Positions 17,755-26,588 of a DNA stretch of 32,000 bases are shown one piece after another. The position numbers and the translations under genes were made by a program. The DNA is from Desulfobacteraceae bacterium (GTDB lineage Bacteria; Desulfobacterota; DSM-4660; Desulfatiglandales; HGW-15), in assembly GCA_050123415.1 (NCBI GenBank), contig JASFHE010000003.1, positions 7,794 to 39,793 of the forward strand. The letters are read 5' to 3'. Under the pieces are notes generated by a model that was not told the origin of the DNA, did no database searches, and saw only the letters and a list, made by a program, of their open reading frames with translations. How positions within the stretch are numbered: the stretch's first letter is position 1; each line of letters begins with the position of its first letter.

Positions 17755-18267
17755 TTACTGAACAATAAAGTCCGTGAAATAGACATTCCTGACTTTGCCG
17801 GCTGTCAGGTTCTGGTTAAGGGTTGAAATTATCTCTGCCCTCAGCTGAAACTTGCCTTCAAGTGTGTTGATGTCCTCGTTTGACTTTGAACTGAGCATAG
17901 TAAGGATTGCATCCCTGACCTGCGGAAGGCGTTTTTCTATTTCTATTGTGGTTTTTTCCGAATCGAGCTCAAGTTCCACCTTTGCCTTTAGATAATTTTT
18001 ACCTCGTCCGCCGACCAGGTTAACAATAAAAGTGTCCAGTGAATAGATCGGACCCATCTCCTGTTTGCCTCCCTCTTCATCAAGCGCGGCCTCATCGGGA
18101 TCCCCGGACATTATTCCGCTTTTCCATACATAGATCCCTCCGCCAAGAAGACACAGGACAAGAATACTTATAATAATAAGATTTATCGGTACCTTTTTTC
18201 TCTCAGGCGTGCCTTCCTGAGTTTCCTTGTCTTCTTCCTCTAATTCGTCTTTTTCTTCTTTGGCCAT
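17755..18267 (-). CDS. fliL: Flagellar basal body-associated protein FliL
   Basis: 170 aa; one TM, then YSLDTFIVNLVGGRGKNYLKAKVELELDSEKTTIEIEKRLPQVRDAILTMLSSKSNEDI. Confidence 0.94.
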   Translation of the reverse strand: MAKEEKDELEEEDKETQEGTPERKKVPINLIIISILVLCLLGGGIYVWKSGIMSGDPDEAALDEEGGKQEMGPIYSLDTFIVNLVGGRGKNYLKAKVELELDSEKTTIEIEKRLPQVRDAILTMLSSKSNEDINTLEGKFQLRAEIISTLNQNLTAGKVRNVYFTDFIVQ

Positions 18268-18295
18268 TTAAAAAAATCTCCCGGTGGATTATTGG

Positions 18296-19060
18296 TTATT
18301 TAAAACTTGTTTCACGCAGGTCCGGTGAAAGAAAGGCATTTAACTTCTGTTCGAGGAGCCTGGGATTATCACCCTTTGCTATGGACATGATACCCTCGGA
18401 CATCAGTCCTTTCATTAAAACTTCTTCTGTGCTTTTAGTTCTTAGTTTTCCTGCTATGGGAAGGCATACGATGTTCGCCATTACCGAACCGTAAAAGGTC
18501 GTTAAAAGGGCAACTGCCATGGCCGGGCCTATACTGCTTGGATCGTCCATTGTCTGAAGCATCTGCACAAGTCCTATCAGGGTGCCGACCATACCCATGG
18601 CAGGTGCAAATGTCCCGAGGGTGGTAAATATATCTGCTCCGAGTTTATGTCTTTCCTTAATATTTTCTATTTCCGTATCAAGTATGTCCTTTATGGAAAC
18701 CGGTTCCAGTCCGTCCACGGAGAGTTGAAGTCCTTTTTTCATAAAATCATCGGAGATTTCATTCAGGGCCGTCTCAAGCGCAAGAATTCCCTCTCTTCTG
18801 GCGGTTCCCGCGAGACCGACAAAGTTGCTGATCAATTCTTTTGCAGTAAAAGGTTTTATGAAGAACGCGTTTTTGACAACCTTTGATACCTTTAACATAT
18901 CGGGAAGAGGGTAGTTAATCATTGCCGCCCCGATAGTGCCGCCAACAACAATCATTAAAGATCGGACTTCAATAAACATGGAAAGTGAACCACCGAACAT
19001 AATTGCCGATAATACGAGAGTGAAGGCGGAAACTATTCCTATAACGGTTGCGATATCCAT
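18296..19060 (-). CDS. motA: Flagellar motor stator protein MotA/PomA
   Basis: 254 aa; ADIFTTLGTFAPAMGMVGTLIGLVQMLQTMDDPSSIGPAMAVALLTTFYGSVMANIVCLPIAGKL. Confidence 0.95.
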   Translation of the reverse strand: MDIATVIGIVSAFTLVLSAIMFGGSLSMFIEVRSLMIVVGGTIGAAMINYPLPDMLKVSKVVKNAFFIKPFTAKELISNFVGLAGTARREGILALETALNEISDDFMKKGLQLSVDGLEPVSIKDILDTEIENIKERHKLGADIFTTLGTFAPAMGMVGTLIGLVQMLQTMDDPSSIGPAMAVALLTTFYGSVMANIVCLPIAGKLRTKSTEEVLMKGLMSEGIMSIAKGDNPRLLEQKLNAFLSPDLRETSFK

Positions 19061-19102
19061 AAAAGACTTCTCCAGATATTTAAAGAAATTTACTTACTTT
19101 AA

Positions 19103-19118
19103 AGCAACCTCTGTGCCA
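19103..19118 (-). promoter_or_regulatory. Putative sigma-54 (-24/-12) promoter for the motA operon
   Basis: Minus strand TGGCACAGAGGTTGCT matches consensus TGGCACRNNNNTTGCW with correct GG-N10-GC spacing; about 43 bp upstream of the motA ATG. Confidence 0.82.
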
Positions 19119-19344
19119 TATTGGATTTAAAAGAAATATATTTTTGTTTGCGGCCTGTATGCGGCGTTAACATGCTGTAATAACAGTATAAAACCATTCG
19201 ATAAGATTTTGATGTGTCAAAGGAATGACGGGAAATTGGTGATAATAACCCTGTAGAACGTGTCAAAATATTGGCAATAATATTTTGAGTAAAGGAATGT
19301 CAAAAAACATTCGTTTTTGAGGCAGAACCGGGGCAATGCCCGAT

Positions 19345-19409
19345 TGGGTGAATGTCTGTCGACAAAGGAAAAAGGGGTGATTTCTTCTGTCGACAGACAA
19401 TTTACCCAT
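19345..19409. repeat. Imperfect inverted repeat between flgE and motA (20/21-nt arms, 24-nt loop)
   Basis: Left arm tgggtgaatgtctgtcgaca (19345-19364), right arm tgtcgacagacaatttaccca (19389-19409); the inner 11 bp GTCTGTCGACA/TGTCGACAGAC is perfect. Confidence 0.85.
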
Positions 19410-19532
19410 CCGGAGGCAACCATTAAGGCGCCCTGGCAGAAAAACTCTATTAGCTGCTTTACACTTATTGCCTTTTTGTGAATATTCAGATGATCACAGG
19501 GCAGGCATTATACCTTTTATCTTATCAAATCA

Positions 19533-21272
19533 TTATCGTTTCAGGTTGATCAGTTCGGAAAGCATCTGGTCGGTAACGGTAATGATTTTTGAATTTGCCT
19601 GAAAACCTCTCTGCGTGGTAATCATCTTGACAAATTCATTTGCTATATCCACATTGGACTGTTCCAGTGAATTGGGCGCTATGCTTCCAAGACCGTTTGT
19701 GCCCGGAAGGTTTGTTGTTGCAGGACCGCTTTCTCTGGTCTCTCTGTACAGATTACCGCCTTCTTTATAGAGTCCCTGAAGATTTTGAAATTTGGCAAGT
19801 GCTATTTTATAGAGAGGAAGTACCTGCCCGTTGGAATATACCCCGGTAATAAGACCGTCTACATCAACATCAATTCCTTCCAGAGCTCCTGCTCCGTATC
19901 CGTCAGCATCTCGATAGATAGTTGTGGAGCCTTGACCTTCTGCGTATTGGGTTGTGGGCTGTGAATCAGGCACAAATGTTGAGCCGTTCCACCTTAGGCC
20001 CAGGTCAAGAGCTATATCCATGCCTGTTGAGCTACCGCCGATAAAATCTGCTGAAAATTCATAATAGCCATCGCTATTAATATTGGATATGTCACTGGCA
20101 GTCCAATCATCGGAACCTTTAATGTCGATTTGTATTGTTTCATTTGCTGCTGCGGGTGGGGTGAGCTTAATTGTAACATCGGTACCGGCTGTCCCTCCGA
20201 AATCAATATTTATCTGATCTGCTGTTCCGGTTATGGTTACTCCTGTCATGGCAGCTCCAGTGCTGGCGTCAATCCAATTTGTACCGTTCCATTCCAGATC
20301 ACCTCCCTGGGTAGTCCAGTTGGCCGCCTCAGCAGCAGTCAGTTCTTCCGGATTGTTTACAATAACTTCGACATCGCCGTTGGGGTTATTGGTATAATAT
20401 GTACCAGTACTGCTGTCACAGGTTACCGCCTGAACGGCTCCTGTTGACCCAGTGAGTTCTGACATTGTAATGCCTGTTATAAAACCTTCAGACTCATTAA
20501 ACGAAAGGGTTCCCCGTGCCAGTAGCCCGGCATTTCTTGTTCCTGCCATGCCTGCTCTTTTATCTTCATCCGGATTGCAGGTTATAATATACTCCCATTC
20601 CGAATCCGATATTTTGTCATAAATTATTGTAACATCATGTGTGCTGCCTAATGAATCATATGCCTTGACAGGTGTCTGATATTCATAAGCTGTAGCTGCT
20701 ATCGGAGGAGATTGTGTCCCATCCCAGGAGCTTGACAGGATTGAAGAGAGGCTCTTTGCATTCCCGTCAAGATTAGCAATAATATTTATGTTTTCCGTTT
20801 GCTGTGGCGGTGAGGTGAATGAGTCCATTGCAATATCAGTTGTAGTGCCGATAATATTTCCCAGTGCGTCGACCTCCCAGCCCTGTACAACATAGCCTTC
20901 GGGATTTATCATATTACCTTCCCTGTCAAAACGAAAGTTGCCGGCCCTGGTATAGTAGAGACTGTTGGAGCCAGCCTCTCTTACTGCGAAAAAACCGTCA
21001 CCGCCTATTGCCAGGTCAGTTGTGTTACCTGTTGATTCAAAGGAACCTTGTTCAAATGTGGCATAGATATCCGAAAGTGCGGTACCCCGGCCAACCTGTG
21101 ATGTGCCTGCCCTTGTAAACATGTTCTGGCTTAAAAGGTCCTGAAATGTAAAACTGCTGCTTTTAAAAGCAACTGTGTTTACGTTTGAAATGTTGTCACC
21201 TATAATCTGCATAGCATTACCCAGATTACTTAAACCGCTTATTCCTGAAAAAAGTGCGCTTGATAGAGCCAT
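19533..21272 (-). CDS. flgE: Flagellar hook protein FlgE
   Basis: 579 aa; MALSSALFSGISGLSNLGNAMQIIGDNISNVNTVAFKSSSFTFQDLLSQ; C-terminal SNVDIANEFVKMITTQRGFQANSKIITVTDQMLSELINLKR. Confidence 0.96.
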   Translation of the reverse strand: MALSSALFSGISGLSNLGNAMQIIGDNISNVNTVAFKSSSFTFQDLLSQNMFTRAGTSQVGRGTALSDIYATFEQGSFESTGNTTDLAIGGDGFFAVREAGSNSLYYTRAGNFRFDREGNMINPEGYVVQGWEVDALGNIIGTTTDIAMDSFTSPPQQTENINIIANLDGNAKSLSSILSSSWDGTQSPPIAATAYEYQTPVKAYDSLGSTHDVTIIYDKISDSEWEYIITCNPDEDKRAGMAGTRNAGLLARGTLSFNESEGFITGITMSELTGSTGAVQAVTCDSSTGTYYTNNPNGDVEVIVNNPEELTAAEAANWTTQGGDLEWNGTNWIDASTGAAMTGVTITGTADQINIDFGGTAGTDVTIKLTPPAAANETIQIDIKGSDDWTASDISNINSDGYYEFSADFIGGSSTGMDIALDLGLRWNGSTFVPDSQPTTQYAEGQGSTTIYRDADGYGAGALEGIDVDVDGLITGVYSNGQVLPLYKIALAKFQNLQGLYKEGGNLYRETRESGPATTNLPGTNGLGSIAPNSLEQSNVDIANEFVKMITTQRGFQANSKIITVTDQMLSELINLKR

Positions 21273-21335
21273 AATTACCTCCTGTTTGCCTCCCTAGAGT
21301 TTGTTGTTTTCCGGTTTCTGGCCGGATATTAAAGG

Positions 21336-22019
21336 TTATTCTGTTTCTGTTTCGTTTTCATTGAAGTTAATATTTTTTAATTGAGCCATGGTTAGCGGTA
21401 TCTGATCTATATACATGACCGGCTCTTCCGATTCCATATTTACCCTTGTGATCGTGCCCTGTATGTATTTCTCACTTGCTACGATATCTCCTGAAGGAGA
21501 AACAGCCCTCAATGCATAGATATACATACCTGATGTAAGAAGATTTCCTTCATCATCCAAGCCTTCCCACTCAAAGGTATGGTTTCCGGCTTCAAGAAGA
21601 TCCAGTTCTATATCCCTGATTGCATTCCCGTCTTCATCATATATGCGTATCACGCATTCGGCAGTTTCTTCCAAATGGAAGGCGCCTTTGGCAGATTCTC
21701 CATCACTGAGTATCAGTTTATTGCTTTCTGCCTGGACTTCCTTTCCTATAAGGTTAAGAACCTGATACCTGCTGTCATTACTCTGAATACTTTCAATTGA
21801 TTCAAGATTCTCGTTAACATTATAAAGCTGTTCCAGTGTACTGAATTGTGCCAGTTGCGCGCTGAACTGGCTTGTATCCATTGGATTGAGAGGATCCTGA
21901 TGATTCATCTGAGCAAGAAAGAGCTTCATGAACGCATCACGTCCAAGTCTGTCCTCTTCAGGAGTTGCATAGGGATTTTCTTCTTCGAAATGGGGTAATG
22001 CATTAATTCCTGATACCAT
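21336..22019 (-). CDS. flgD: Flagellar hook capping/assembly protein FlgD
   Basis: 227 aa; LGRDAFMKLFLAQMNHQDPLNPMDTSQFSAQLAQFSTLEQLYNVNENL. Confidence 0.95.
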   Translation of the reverse strand: MVSGINALPHFEEENPYATPEEDRLGRDAFMKLFLAQMNHQDPLNPMDTSQFSAQLAQFSTLEQLYNVNENLESIESIQSNDSRYQVLNLIGKEVQAESNKLILSDGESAKGAFHLEETAECVIRIYDEDGNAIRDIELDLLEAGNHTFEWEGLDDEGNLLTSGMYIYALRAVSPSGDIVASEKYIQGTITRVNMESEEPVMYIDQIPLTMAQLKNINFNENETETE

Positions 22020-22041
22020 TTATTAAGTCCTCTCTTTCTCT

Positions 22042-24027
22042 CTATACATGAATGTCTATCTGACTATCGTCTATCAGATTTTTATTGATTGATTGAGAAG
22101 CCTGTATCCCTTCGGGATCATCTGTGATTAATCCTGATTCCTGAGAATTACGTCCCGGGCGTTTTCCGTTCTTTCCTTCTGCCCAGGTGTTGCTGTCTCT
22201 CGGTTCACCGTAATCAAGGCCGACCATCACATCAAACCTGTCAACGGTCAGGCCCTGGTCATTCAACTGCTGTTTGAGTTGATTCAGATTTGCCTCTATT
22301 ATTTCCTTAACAACAGCATTTTCGGTGCCGAGGCTCGCGTGGATGTGACCGTTTTTAATTGTAAGATCTATATCCAGCTTTCCAAGGTCCGGAGGTGTTA
22401 TCTGCAGCCTGCTTTTATATTCACCTGTCCGGATCATGATCATCATTTTATCTACGATCCTTGGAAGCGGATCAGGAAGACTGGCTGAGGTATTGGGCTG
22501 ATTGACTTTCCCGATGTTTTTTATTTCTTTTTCATGGGAAATATTGAGGCCGGATATATCCTGGGTTTCTTTTACCGGAAAGTCACTGCTGTCTTTTCCC
22601 GCGGAACCATGCCTGAGAGTCTGTGCATTGCCTTCGGCTGATTTTGCAAGCTGAGCGGCATTTGCTTTTCTCTCTGCCATTTTAAGAATTTCCGTAAGGT
22701 TCAGTTTCAGGCTCCCCTGGTCTGCTGCTGAAAATAAAGGATCATTTTTTATTGCCCAAGAGACTTTATCACTTAACATGGATGACTTTAGAGTATTATC
22801 AGTTAGACCGTTATTTATTTTTAGACTGAAGGAATCGAGAAAACTCTTAAGGTCCCTGTCAGAAGCCCCCTTGCTTTTCAGGAATGCGGCAATGTCCTCT
22901 TTTATTGGATCCCCGAGCACTCCTGAGATAACCTGTTTTTCTCCCTTGAGGATACTGAGCATTTTTTGGTTGCCGGGATCAGCTTCTCCGGATGCAGCGC
23001 CTTTTTCAAGGTTTATTTTTGTAAAGGCCATATCAAGCTTTTCTAAAAGGGTTTTGATATCTTCTTCCATGATACCCTTTTCCTTCAGTATGGCCTCAAT
23101 ATTCTGCATTATTTCCTTTTGGGACTTATCTGTAAGATTTAAACCTGCATCTGTCTTTGAATCCTCTGTGTTGAACAGGCGTTCATTGACCTGGATATTG
23201 TTTTTTGAAAAGAGTGAGATAAGATCAGATTCCGAGAGAGGTCCTGATAAATATTTATTAAGCTCAGCCGAAAGTTTTCCCAGTTCAAGTTCACCTTTGC
23301 CGTTTTTACTGTTCTCGATAATTTTTTTTACGTCTCCAACCCCTAATCCCATTTTAAAAAGAATTTCCTGTACACCCGGGATCTGGGACGATTCGATAAA
23401 AGATCTGTCTTTCTTATCTCCGGTCAAAAGATCATTTATATTTCCTGTCAGAGAGGTATTCTTATTATGAAGGCTGGAAAAGAAAGTTCCGAAATTATCA
23501 GGATTAACACCCTGTTCACTCAGGAAAGATGAAAACAGGTCTTTGAATGATGACACAAGCATCAGACCCTGTTTATTTGCTGTCGAGCTGATACCGGACA
23601 GGCCTGCCAGTACTTTATCAAGCCGGATAGAGCCGTTGCTGTCTTTTGAAGAGGAAATGACCTGGTTGATATCTTTTAAAGAGAATCCCTGCTTTTCCAG
23701 GAATGCTATAAGCGGATTCTGCAGGGAGTCAGGTACAATCAGATCTTCATTTTTGTGCTGCCTGTTTCCTGATGAGTTTTTTCCGGGTGAACTTATTTCG
23801 GCATTTAAATTTTCAGAATTTGATCTTAATCCTGAATTTAAGGAACTATTAGCGCTGTTATCTGAATATAATGTTGAATCCCAGCTGCTGTTACTGTCTC
23901 TCCCGCTAAGGCTGTCAAATATGGCCTGAAAGATATCATCACCTTTACTGTTTGCTGGTTTAAATCCTTCGGATGTTCCGACTCTGCTGGGTGTCGGTAG
24001 CATATTTATATCTGGCAGTGTACTCAT
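22042..24027 (-). CDS. fliK: Flagellar hook-length control protein FliK
   Basis: 661 aa; C-terminal YKSRLQITPPDLGKLDIDLTIKNGHIHASLGTENAVVKEIIEANLNQLKQQLNDQGLTVDRFDVMVG (Flg_hook); upstream of flgD. Confidence 0.9.
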   Translation of the reverse strand: MSTLPDINMLPTPSRVGTSEGFKPANSKGDDIFQAIFDSLSGRDSNSSWDSTLYSDNSANSSLNSGLRSNSENLNAEISSPGKNSSGNRQHKNEDLIVPDSLQNPLIAFLEKQGFSLKDINQVISSSKDSNGSIRLDKVLAGLSGISSTANKQGLMLVSSFKDLFSSFLSEQGVNPDNFGTFFSSLHNKNTSLTGNINDLLTGDKKDRSFIESSQIPGVQEILFKMGLGVGDVKKIIENSKNGKGELELGKLSAELNKYLSGPLSESDLISLFSKNNIQVNERLFNTEDSKTDAGLNLTDKSQKEIMQNIEAILKEKGIMEEDIKTLLEKLDMAFTKINLEKGAASGEADPGNQKMLSILKGEKQVISGVLGDPIKEDIAAFLKSKGASDRDLKSFLDSFSLKINNGLTDNTLKSSMLSDKVSWAIKNDPLFSAADQGSLKLNLTEILKMAERKANAAQLAKSAEGNAQTLRHGSAGKDSSDFPVKETQDISGLNISHEKEIKNIGKVNQPNTSASLPDPLPRIVDKMMIMIRTGEYKSRLQITPPDLGKLDIDLTIKNGHIHASLGTENAVVKEIIEANLNQLKQQLNDQGLTVDRFDVMVGLDYGEPRDSNTWAEGKNGKRPGRNSQESGLITDDPEGIQASQSINKNLIDDSQIDIHV

Positions 24028-24073
24028 TAAGTTTCCTTATATATAAAATTTAGTCATCGTTGATTTCCTATTA

Positions 24074-24089
24074 AGCAATGGCTGTGCCA
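24074..24089 (-). promoter_or_regulatory. Putative sigma-54 promoter for fliK-flgD-flgE
   Basis: Minus strand TGGCACAGCCATTGCT; consensus -24 TGGCAC and -12 TTGCT with GG-N10-GC spacing; about 47 bp upstream of the fliK ATG. Confidence 0.82.
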
Positions 24090-24162
24090 AAACATGCCAA
24101 ATGAAAAAAGGCAATAAAAACAAGGTAATATGGGTATGAAATTTGTTTGGATGGCATTTCGC

Positions 24163-24181
24163 AATGGTAAAAATTACCATT
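24163..24181. promoter_or_regulatory. Perfect palindrome, possible activator (enhancer) binding site
   Basis: AATGGTAA-AAA-TTACCATT, about 75-105 bp upstream of the putative fliK sigma-54 promoter. A second small palindrome, GGGAAATTTTTTCCC, lies at 24195-24209. Confidence 0.4.
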
Positions 24182-24252
24182 TGTAAATATGGCTGGGAAA
24201 TTTTTTCCCGGTGGATTGTTTAGAAATGTCCGGGTGAGGTATAAAAAGGCTG

Positions 24253-24885
24253 TTATTCCCTTTCACTGAGTCTTGCGCTTATTGTTGCACCTTTTTCAGG
24301 GGGCATCTCTGCCATGATCGCGCCTGCGTTCTTGCCTTTCATATTGCCAAGAATCCTCACTACGATATCAAGCTGCAGTTTATCCAGGATTACAGCGGCT
24401 TTATTCGCTTCCATTGAGCTGTATGTTTTAACCAGATGAGAGATTTTTGCATCCTGCAGGGCCTTTTCTCTTTCGGCAAGTTTTATTGCGTATGCATTCA
24501 GACTGTTTTGAAGATCATTGATTTCCGCCATTCTGGTTTCTACTTCTTCTTTAAGGGGTATGAGTTCTGCTTCCATTTTTTTTATTTTGGCTTCTCTTTC
24601 AGAAAGCTCCTGCTCCCTTTTACGGAGCCTGGACTCCCATTCCTCAAGGCTTTGTTCATCTTCCGCAGGTACTTCCTGCGCCATTGCTACATCAGTAGCT
24701 GTAATATTCAGAGGTGGTGTCCGTAGAAAAACGCCGCTGATTACGACTTTAACAGCAAGAAGGAGAAAAAACAGCACCAGAGTTGTTACATAGAAGTTTG
24801 GCTTTAGAGGAAACTTTTTCCATGTCTTATTACCGCTGCTTCGTTTATCTCCTTGAGTTCCAATTGGTTCTGATCGTGATGCCAT
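24253..24885 (-). CDS. MotE/YlxF-like flagellar protein (MgtE intracellular-N-like), coiled coil
   Basis: 210 aa; one TM, coiled coil with ELSEREAKIKKMEAELIPLKEEVETRM; C-terminal LVKTYSSMEANKAAVILDKLQLDIVVRILGNMKGKNAGAIMAEMPPEKGATISARLS typical of proteins encoded after fliJ. Confidence 0.85.
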   Translation of the reverse strand: MASRSEPIGTQGDKRSSGNKTWKKFPLKPNFYVTTLVLFFLLLAVKVVISGVFLRTPPLNITATDVAMAQEVPAEDEQSLEEWESRLRKREQELSEREAKIKKMEAELIPLKEEVETRMAEINDLQNSLNAYAIKLAEREKALQDAKISHLVKTYSSMEANKAAVILDKLQLDIVVRILGNMKGKNAGAIMAEMPPEKGATISARLSERE

Positions 24886-25247
24886 TTTTCAAAATCCCTT
24901 TCCTTTAATTTTTCAAAAACTTTACACTGCCTGGATTTTTCGAGCAGATTTTTCCTTTTTTCAAATACTGCCTGTTCAGCTTTAAGGCGCTCTATTTTTT
25001 TCATTTCAATCCTGATCAGCAGCGCGTTTTTGAATTCCGAGTGGTTTATTATGTCATTGGATGACATGATATTTCTCATATTTTTTTCAAGGTCATCATT
25101 TGCCTTTGTTATCTCATCCCTGCAGGCAATGATCTGATCATTTATTTTTCTTACGGCGCTTTGTGCCTTTGCAAATTCGATAGCAGCTTTTTCCTTCAGG
25201 TGCTCCCGATAGGTCAGAATCGATTCATATCTGAATTTAAATTTCAA
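24804..25247 (-). CDS. fliJ: Flagellar export chaperone FliJ
   Basis: 147 aa; FKFRYESILTYREHLKEKAAIEFAKAQSAV; coiled coil; immediately downstream of fliI. Confidence 0.88.
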   Translation of the reverse strand: MKFKFRYESILTYREHLKEKAAIEFAKAQSAVRKINDQIIACRDEITKANDDLEKNMRNIMSSNDIINHSEFKNALLIRIEMKKIERLKAEQAVFEKRKNLLEKSRQCKVFEKLKERDFEKWHHDQNQLELKEINEAAVIRHGKSFL

Positions 25248-25265
25248 TCGATTGAACTCCCTCTA

Positions 25266-26588
25266 CTAGTTTCCTTTTGCAAGGAGTTTTGTCATTTCTG
25301 CTACCGATGCTTCCATTGTACTTCCCTCAAGCATGTCCTGTCTTAAAAAATTGTTCAGGGAGTCTATCATTTGAAGGGCAAGGTCAGTATTTCTGTTATT
25401 GCCTTTTTCATATGCCCCTAAGTTTACAAGGTCTTCTATCTTAGCGTAATCCGCAAGGATTCTTCGGAATTTGTATGATAAATCAAGATGGTTCCTGGGC
25501 ACCACATCGGTCATTAACCTGCTTATGCTTGAGAGCACGTTGACGGCAGGGTAGTGACCTTTCGCCGCAAGAGACCTGTCCAGTACAATATGCCCGTCCA
25601 CAATGGATCTTACCGCGTCGGCGATTGGTTCATTCATGTCGTCGCCTTCGACAAGAACCGTGTATATACCGGTTATCGAACCGTCACATGTACTGGTTCC
25701 CGCTCTTTCGAGTAGTTTTGGCAAATGGGAAAATGTACTTGGCGGATATGCCTTGCTGGTTGGCGGTTCTCCTGCAGACAGCCCGATCTCTCTTACCGCC
25801 ATTGCAAACCTTGTAACCGAATCCATCATGAGAAGTACATCCTTGTTTTGTTCCCGGAAGAATTCGGCTATCGCGGCAGTAAGGTACGCGCCCCTCATCC
25901 TGATGAGGGGAGAAGTGTCAGATGTAGCCGCGATAACGATGGATCTTTTTAGACCTTCCTCTCCAAGGTCGCGTTCGATAAACTCTTTTACTTCTCTCCC
26001 TCTTTCCCCGATAAGACCGATTACATTGATATCAGCCTTTGTGAATTTTGACATCATTCCGAGGAGTTTACTTTTCCCTACACCTGACCCTGCCATTATG
26101 GCAGTCCTTTGCCCCTTTGCCAGGGTATTCAGACAGTCAATTGAACGCACACCCACGGTAAGAGGTTCCATGATACGGTTTCTCGCGAGCGGGTTTATCG
26201 GATGCGAGTATAAGGGAATAGTCGTATCAATTTTTATTGGCTGTCCATCGTCAAGGGGATTGCCCAGACCGTCCAGCACTCTTCCGAGCATGTCATATCC
26301 AACGTCGATTGATGCCGCAAAACTCAGCGCTGTTATTGAACTGCCCGGTTCAACGCCATCGGCTTTTTCGAGAGGCATGAGAAGAATGTTCTGGTCTCTG
26401 AATCCTATTACTTCGGCATTGATAGGTTCTTCCATGTTCCTTGAGAGTATCTGGCAGATACCGCCAACAGGCATTGCCGGACCATTACCCTCGATCACAT
26501 TGCCCACAACCTTGGTAACCTGGCCTTCAACAGTGATCGGAGATATGGAATTGATTTTTTCAAAATATCTGTCAAGGGCTATTTTCAT
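25266..26588 (-). CDS. fliI: Flagellum-specific ATPase FliI
   Basis: 440 aa; GLRTLAKGQRTAIMAGSGVGKSKLLGMM Walker A variant; VIGLIGERGREVKEFI; LLMMDSVTRFAMAVREIGLSAGEPP. Confidence 0.97.
   Translation of the reverse strand: MKIALDRYFEKINSISPITVEGQVTKVVGNVIEGNGPAMPVGGICQILSRNMEEPINAEVIGFRDQNILLMPLEKADGVEPGSSITALSFAASIDVGYDMLGRVLDGLGNPLDDGQPIKIDTTIPLYSHPINPLARNRIMEPLTVGVRSIDCLNTLAKGQRTAIMAGSGVGKSKLLGMMSKFTKADINVIGLIGERGREVKEFIERDLGEEGLKRSIVIAATSDTSPLIRMRGAYLTAAIAEFFREQNKDVLLMMDSVTRFAMAVREIGLSAGEPPTSKAYPPSTFSHLPKLLERAGTSTCDGSITGIYTVLVEGDDMNEPIADAVRSIVDGHIVLDRSLAAKGHYPAVNVLSSISRLMTDVVPRNHLDLSYKFRRILADYAKIEDLVNLGAYEKGNNRNTDLALQMIDSLNNFLRQDMLEGSTMEASVAEMTKLLAKGN

Noticed and set aside
19331-19409. 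Rho-independent terminator for flgE
   Set aside because: A stem exists but no T tract immediately follows it on the minus strand; retained only as an unexplained inverted repeat.
19217-19423. 68-aa minus-strand ORF in the flgE-motA gap, considered as FlbD or a small regulator
   Set aside because: Sequence (MVASGWVNCLSTEEITPFSFVDRHSP...) spans the inverted repeats, has no similarity to FlbD and lacks a clear RBS; the gap is better treated as non-coding.
19320-19480. c-di-GMP (GEMM-type) riboswitch in the flgE-motA gap
   Set aside because: A 'gcctccgg' string on the minus strand is reminiscent, but the AGGGCAAACC and CGCAAAGCC core and the expected stem order are absent, and the position relative to motA is not leader-like.
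22778-23470. 230-aa plus-strand ORF antisense to fliK
   Set aside because: Antisense of the Asp/Lys/Ser-rich FliK repeat region; composition mirrors it and no start/RBS support.
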